This document shows, piece after piece, positions 17,059-21,062 of a stretch of DNA of 21,062 nucleotides. The DNA lies in the UHGV virus genome UHGV-1684449. The stretch is one strand, 5' to 3'. Below the pieces are notes generated by a model, which made no database searches, was not told the DNA's origin, and saw only the letters and a program-made list of their open reading frames with translations. A program made the position numbers and the translations under genes. The number at the start of each line of letters is the position of its first letter. The first letter of the stretch is position 1. The DNA is from a virus.

Positions 17059-17616
17059 ATGACAACGATTGTTGCAGGCATCGATATCGAGTCTACGGGA
17101 CTGGATTTCCTTGCTGGTCATAAAATTATTGAAATCGCAATTACCCGCTATGAACTGGAGACACAGAGACATATTGATAGTCTGGAGATGCGTTTTAACC
17201 CTCGCAGAAACATAGATCCGAAAGCTCAAGCCGTTCATGGCATTTCATTAGAACAGCTCGCAGCTGAACCTTTGTTGTCAAATCATGCCAGCGAAATTGG
17301 CGCTTATATGGGGGCATGTAGTGCGTGGATTGCTCATAACGGCGAAGCGTTTGATATACCATTTATTCGACACGAGTTTTCAGGGTATGGAGTAAGACTG
17401 CCAGACGTTCCCGTTATAGATACTATGTTATCGGGATTGTGGGCCACAGAAGACGGTAAACGTCCTCGCCTTGAAGAATTGGCCTTCTCTCTTGGCTTTA
17501 TATACGATCATGCCAAAGCACATAGTGCCTTATATGACACAAACTTAATGATGCAATGCTTCTTTAAGGCACGTAATAAATACGGATTTTTTAAATTACC
17601 CTCTGAAATTGTGTAA
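17059..17616 (+). CDS. DnaQ-like 3'-5' exonuclease (DEDDh family)
   Basis: Exo I GIDIESTG, Exo II HNGEAFDIPF and Exo III HSALYDT motifs. AAGGAG ribosome-binding site. Confidence 0.75.
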   Translation: MTTIVAGIDIESTGLDFLAGHKIIEIAITRYELETQRHIDSLEMRFNPRRNIDPKAQAVHGISLEQLAAEPLLSNHASEIGAYMGACSAWIAHNGEAFDIPFIRHEFSGYGVRLPDVPVIDTMLSGLWATEDGKRPRLEELAFSLGFIYDHAKAHSALYDTNLMMQCFFKARNKYGFFKLPSEIV

Positions 17617-17620
17617 AACA

Positions 17621-17660
17621 AAAGCCTGCTTTAAAGAGAGTTTGAAGCAGGCTTTCTTTT
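17621..17660 (+). terminator. Rho-independent terminator
   Basis: Stem AAAGCCTGCTT / AAGCAGGCTTT (17621-17631 / 17645-17655) followed by CTTTT. Confidence 0.65.
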
Positions 17661-17776
17661 AAAGAACAGTCGCCTTTCAATCATTTCCTGCCTGTATTTA
17701 ATACTTTTCCGCCTGATAGGTTTAGTCAAAATGTAGCCATCGAAACGCAAATGCAACTAAACAGAAGGAGACTTAC

Positions 17777-18586
17777 ATGAGTTCGGTTGAAAATGTAATG
17801 ACAAATGATGATCTGGATGAGCTGACAGCCATGTTGCAATCACTTGATGAACCAGTAAAAAAAGCTGCACAGGTTGAAAATACTGATGATATTGACGATC
17901 TGCTTCTCGGCCTCGATGCTGGCGTAGCCATGAGTTCTGATGATGTTGCCGAAGAACTGTTCAATGAAGAAAAAGCAGGTGATTTCAGCTCCGCTTTAAA
18001 TGAGTTGGAGTTAGCTCATGAGCCTATAAACGTAATTAAGGCTGAAAGTGTTGAATCTGCCGAAAACGAGCCAGAACAATTGGGGTTTATTGAGGTTGAA
18101 GAGTGTGTTGAGGTTAATGATGAATTAAAAGTTCAACAGTCAAATGATAGCAATACAAATAAAAAAGCTCGTACTGCAAGAGGTCCTCGTTTTACTTTAA
18201 GTGATAAAGATGATTTGTTTTTCAATAAAGCAGGCTTAGAAAAAGATATTTTCTTAGACGCTTACGAAAACGCGCCTGTCAAAGCAAAGGATAAGATATT
18301 AAACCTTCTTAATTGGTTTAGCGGAGGTCCAGATATTAGTGTTTACACGGTAATTTCCATGAGACACCTTCTCACAGAAAAGAAGGCTACAAGTAATAGT
18401 ATTAAGATTGCTTTAATGAGCAATCCAGAAAAACCGTATCCGCTTAACACTGCGTCAACTCAGGCTGGGCAAATGATGGCTGTATTTCCAGCTACAGGAA
18501 TTGCTGTTAGAGACGGTGGAAATCTAACATTGAACGAAGAATCACCGATCGTTAAGAAGTTTGTCGCGGAGTACACTATTGGATGA
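17777..18586 (+). CDS. Hypothetical protein with a strongly acidic N-terminal half (269 aa)
   Basis: GAAGGAG ribosome-binding site. The first ~120 residues are rich in Asp and Glu (DDLDEL, DDIDDLLLGLD, ESVESAENEPEQ, EVEECVEVNDE). No family recognised. Confidence 0.55.
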   Translation: MSSVENVMTNDDLDELTAMLQSLDEPVKKAAQVENTDDIDDLLLGLDAGVAMSSDDVAEELFNEEKAGDFSSALNELELAHEPINVIKAESVESAENEPEQLGFIEVEECVEVNDELKVQQSNDSNTNKKARTARGPRFTLSDKDDLFFNKAGLEKDIFLDAYENAPVKAKDKILNLLNWFSGGPDISVYTVISMRHLLTEKKATSNSIKIALMSNPEKPYPLNTASTQAGQMMAVFPATGIAVRDGGNLTLNEESPIVKKFVAEYTIG

Positions 18587-18626
18587 CGTTCCCCTACTGA
18601 AAATAAAGCCCATAGAGAGCTTTATA

Positions 18627-18708
18627 GTGCTGGGTAAGCTAACCCATACCCAGCACCACAAAAACGCGCCAGAGAGCTTCTTGTTCGCATTTCTGGCGCG
18701 TTTTATTT
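18627..18708 (+). terminator. Tandem hairpins; the second is a rho-independent terminator
   Basis: Hairpin 1 has a perfect 10-bp stem GTGCTGGGTA / TACCCAGCAC (18627-18636 / 18647-18656). Hairpin 2 has stem AAAACGCGCCAGA / TCTGGCGCGTTTT (18661-18673 / 18692-18704) followed by ATTTG. Confidence 0.6.
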
Positions 18709-18737
18709 GATTGCCATACATAAAATCAAATGCAAAA

Positions 18738-18757
18738 ATAGGTAATCACTTACCTAT
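18738..18757. promoter_or_regulatory. Best copy of the recurring palindromic motif (ATAGGTAA-TCAC-TTACCTAT)
   Basis: Perfect 8-bp inverted arms with a 4-bp spacer, 12 nt upstream of the methyltransferase start codon. Confidence 0.45.
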
Positions 18758-18768
18758 CGAGAAAGAAG

Positions 18769-19362
18769 ATGATTGCAGCCGAAAAAATCAAACAGCGAAA
18801 GCGCGACAACTCTCTTCGTGACCTCTGGAGAACACCTGATTGGCTGTTTTCTGCCATTCAACGTTATCTTGGAGTGACATTTGATGTTGACGTTGCCTGC
18901 AACAAGGACAATGCAAAGCTGCCTATTTTCATAGGCGTTGAGCGCGATGCTTTGAAATCTGAATGGGGGCAGCCAGGTACAATTGCCTTCCTCAATCCAC
19001 CCTACTCCAAAATCTCCCCCTGGATTGATGCGGCTATACGTGAGCAGGCTCGCGGAGTTACAACAGTGATGCTAATTCCTCAATCCCTCGATACAAAGTG
19101 GTATGAGCGTGCAACAGAGTATGCGAATGAGACGATTATTCTGTCTGGTGGCCGCGTTGCGTTTGTCGAGCCTGACGTCAATTTGGGTCAGGTAGAAGTA
19201 AACATCAACCCCGGTGGCAGTATGCTCGTTGTTTTTCGAGGGTTTTGTCAGGACGCTGGGCACTCTATAAGCAAGATCCCTTTGGACGTCATGAAAAGTC
19301 TGGGAGGGTATGATCCTGCGAATGTGATCAGGAAAAAAAGACCATCAAAGAAGGCTGCTTAG
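18769..19362 (+). CDS. DNA N6-adenine methyltransferase (phage Dam-type family)
   Basis: Catalytic motif FLNPPYS (NPPY) and N-terminal LWRTPDWLF, typical of small phage N6-adenine methyltransferases. Target sequence not determinable from the sequence. Confidence 0.7.
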   Translation: MIAAEKIKQRKRDNSLRDLWRTPDWLFSAIQRYLGVTFDVDVACNKDNAKLPIFIGVERDALKSEWGQPGTIAFLNPPYSKISPWIDAAIREQARGVTTVMLIPQSLDTKWYERATEYANETIILSGGRVAFVEPDVNLGQVEVNINPGGSMLVVFRGFCQDAGHSISKIPLDVMKSLGGYDPANVIRKKRPSKKAA

Positions 19363-19548
19363 TTTGCTCTGGCGTCTGTAATTAGCCTGCTTCTGTATAT
19401 ATAAATAACTACATATTAATTATTAATATACGGAAGCAGGCTGTTTTGTATCAGAGACTCCCAGACCTGAACATCACTACAGAATCCACTAGACCCCCTT
19501 CCCAGACGCTTTAAAATCGATTTTATGAACCACTTTAAGGAAACCAAC

Positions 19549-19779
19549 ATGTCATACTCGACTAATGTCGTTGCGCTCGTAGAGAGCGATTTTCTGGCCC
19601 AGGCTCGTGAAATGATGAAAGATCGTGAGCAGGCTTTCAACTTGTACGAGTGGGCAATTAAGTGCTTGCATCTTGGCGAGCATCGCGAACTTGTTGAACA
19701 GCTTTTAGGTGAGTTGATCAATGAGGTGTTTGCCTTGAATGTTCAACTACATGGTCGAGAAAATAATCAATCACAATGA
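19549..19779 (+). CDS. Hypothetical protein (76 aa)
   Basis: The track ORF starts at 19525, but the in-frame ATG at 19549 has a proper AAGG ribosome-binding site and the leader AAGGAAACCAACATG. No family recognised. Confidence 0.45.
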   Translation: MSYSTNVVALVESDFLAQAREMMKDREQAFNLYEWAIKCLHLGEHRELVEQLLGELINEVFALNVQLHGRENNQSQ

Positions 19780-20360
19780 TAGATAAGTACAAACTATTCA
19801 TAAAGTGAATTGTAAGTGCTAAGATCTGATAGTTTCCAGTCGTAGACTGGAGGCTCGACCTGATGGGTGGGGGTAAGCGTCACTGGCGTCAGGTTTAAAA
19901 AAGCTCACTACCAGCGTAGAACCGGTGCCGTATAGGTGTCGGGGAAGGGGGAACCAAAGTGAGCAGAGACAAGGGTCACTTTATGATTGTCGAGTCTGGG
20001 GTGTTTCGAGAGGTTGAATCCAGTACTCCCCTTCATAAAGTGTGGGAAGATCTCGGTTCTGGGGTGCTGTCATCCATAACTTCCCAAGTCTAAGCTGGCA
20101 GTAGACTTAGACCATAGCTTTTCAGGTTATGAAACGACCAGGTTGGTGAGGAATTTTATACTCACCTCCCTGGGAGAGTATTACCTGAAAAGACAACCTC
20201 TCACTTCGTTCGAGGTGAACTTCACTCACTTCGTTCGTTCAGTTCAGGTTTATAAAAACCTGTTCTGGGAAGTAATTTGTTTATTTTAATAATTATTAAC
20301 ACGCACGCGTGTGCGCACGCGCGAGGAAAAATCGGCGCGGCGCTTGATTCAGGAGTTTAT

Positions 20361-20951
20361 ATGACGACGAAGACACCAGCCCGATCGCAAGCAAAAACTC
20401 GCAAAAAAGACAAAAACAAAAATTCTCCCCGCACCAATCCCACAACGCCTGTCGTAGAGTTCAATCCCCAGCTTAAAACCGTGAAAATCTTTAGTGATGG
20501 CTCTTGCCTTAAAAATCCGGGTGGCCCGGGCGGTTACGGTATCGTTCTCCAGTATCGTGGTGAGGAACGCGAGTTCTCAGATGGTTTTCATAGCACCACC
20601 AATAACCGCATGGAGATGATGGGGGCACTTATCGGGCTGGAGCGTTTGAAATATCCATGCAACGTTATTTTGCACTCTGATAGCCAGTATCTGAAAAACG
20701 GCATGACACAGTGGATGAAATGGTGGAAACGCAATGGATGGATGACTTATGACAAAAAACCGGTAAAGAATGTTGATCTGTGGAAGCGTCTGGATGAGGC
20801 CGCAAGTCGACATAATGTTCGCTGGAAGTGGGTTAAAGGTCACGCCGGGCATCGTGAAAATGAAATATGTGATCGACTCGCGAAGATCGCAGCTTTTTCA
20901 GCAGCAGATATGCCTCACAAGAAAGATATTGGTTTTGTTTATAACAAATAG
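20361..20951 (+). CDS. rnhA: Ribonuclease HI
   Basis: [52 protein letters not shown] and [20 protein letters not shown] closely match E. coli RNase HI as recalled. Start placed at ATG 20361 with an AGGAG ribosome-binding site; the track's 20277 start adds an implausible leader. Confidence 0.9.
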   Translation: MTTKTPARSQAKTRKKDKNKNSPRTNPTTPVVEFNPQLKTVKIFSDGSCLKNPGGPGGYGIVLQYRGEEREFSDGFHSTTNNRMEMMGALIGLERLKYPCNVILHSDSQYLKNGMTQWMKWWKRNGWMTYDKKPVKNVDLWKRLDEAASRHNVRWKWVKGHAGHRENEICDRLAKIAAFSAADMPHKKDIGFVYNK

Positions 20952-20970
20952 TAAGTAAGTGTTTACCTAT
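20951..20970. promoter_or_regulatory. Copy of the recurring 8-4-8 palindromic motif (GTAAGTAA-GTGT-TTACCTAT)
   Basis: Begins at the last base of the rnhA stop codon; the right arm is a perfect match. Confidence 0.35.
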
Positions 20971-21062
20971 CATTTTAAATCATGTATCTTATCGGCGTCA
21001 GGATGACAATGTGTCGGTAAGACACAGTTCCAGGATGGAACGAGAAAGGCGGCTGGCAATCG

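Noticed and set aside
19983-20093. 36-aa ORF (MIVESGVFREVESS...) inside the ORF-free region
   Set aside because: Short, no convincing ribosome-binding site, and it overlaps the direct repeats. More likely a chance ORF within a structured non-coding region.
20277-20360. Upstream start at 20277 for the RNase H gene
   Set aside because: It would add [28 protein letters not shown] translated from a GC-rich alternating tract with no ribosome-binding site. ATG 20361 has an AGGAG site and aligns with the RNase HI N-terminus.
19780-20360. tRNA genes in the long ORF-free region
   Set aside because: I could not fold any segment into a cloverleaf with a canonical T-loop (GTTCRANYC) and 7-bp acceptor stem. 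GGTTGAATCC near 20020 lacks matching stems. A proper tRNAscan run is needed to be sure.

Overview
This window reads as a compact, almost entirely plus-strand block of phage-type DNA metabolism genes, interrupted by a single minus-strand plasmid-style replication initiator gene with iterons on both sides. Recognisable genes are an SbcD/Mre11-like nuclease with an SbcC/Rad50-like ATPase, a RuvC-like resolvase, class Ia ribonucleotide reductase nrdA and nrdB, thymidylate synthase, dihydrofolate reductase, a DnaQ-like exonuclease, a Dam-family adenine methyltransferase and RNase H. The initiator resembles P1 RepA from memory and sits in a P1 oriR/repA/incA-like layout: a DnaA box and GATC cluster, five phased 16-bp iterons, the gene, then twelve more iterons. 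My inference is a phage-plasmid (SSU5/pHCM2-like) or a large virulent phage with a plasmid-type origin; this cannot be confirmed without a database search. Beyond the annotated genes, the main unexplained signals are a recurring 20-bp palindrome (ATAGGTAA-N4-TTACCTAT) in at least five intergenic regions, a near-identical translation-initiation leader on several genes, and a 580-bp ORF-free region rich in hairpins. All calls rest on reading the sequence and recalled family motifs; no searches or computations were run.
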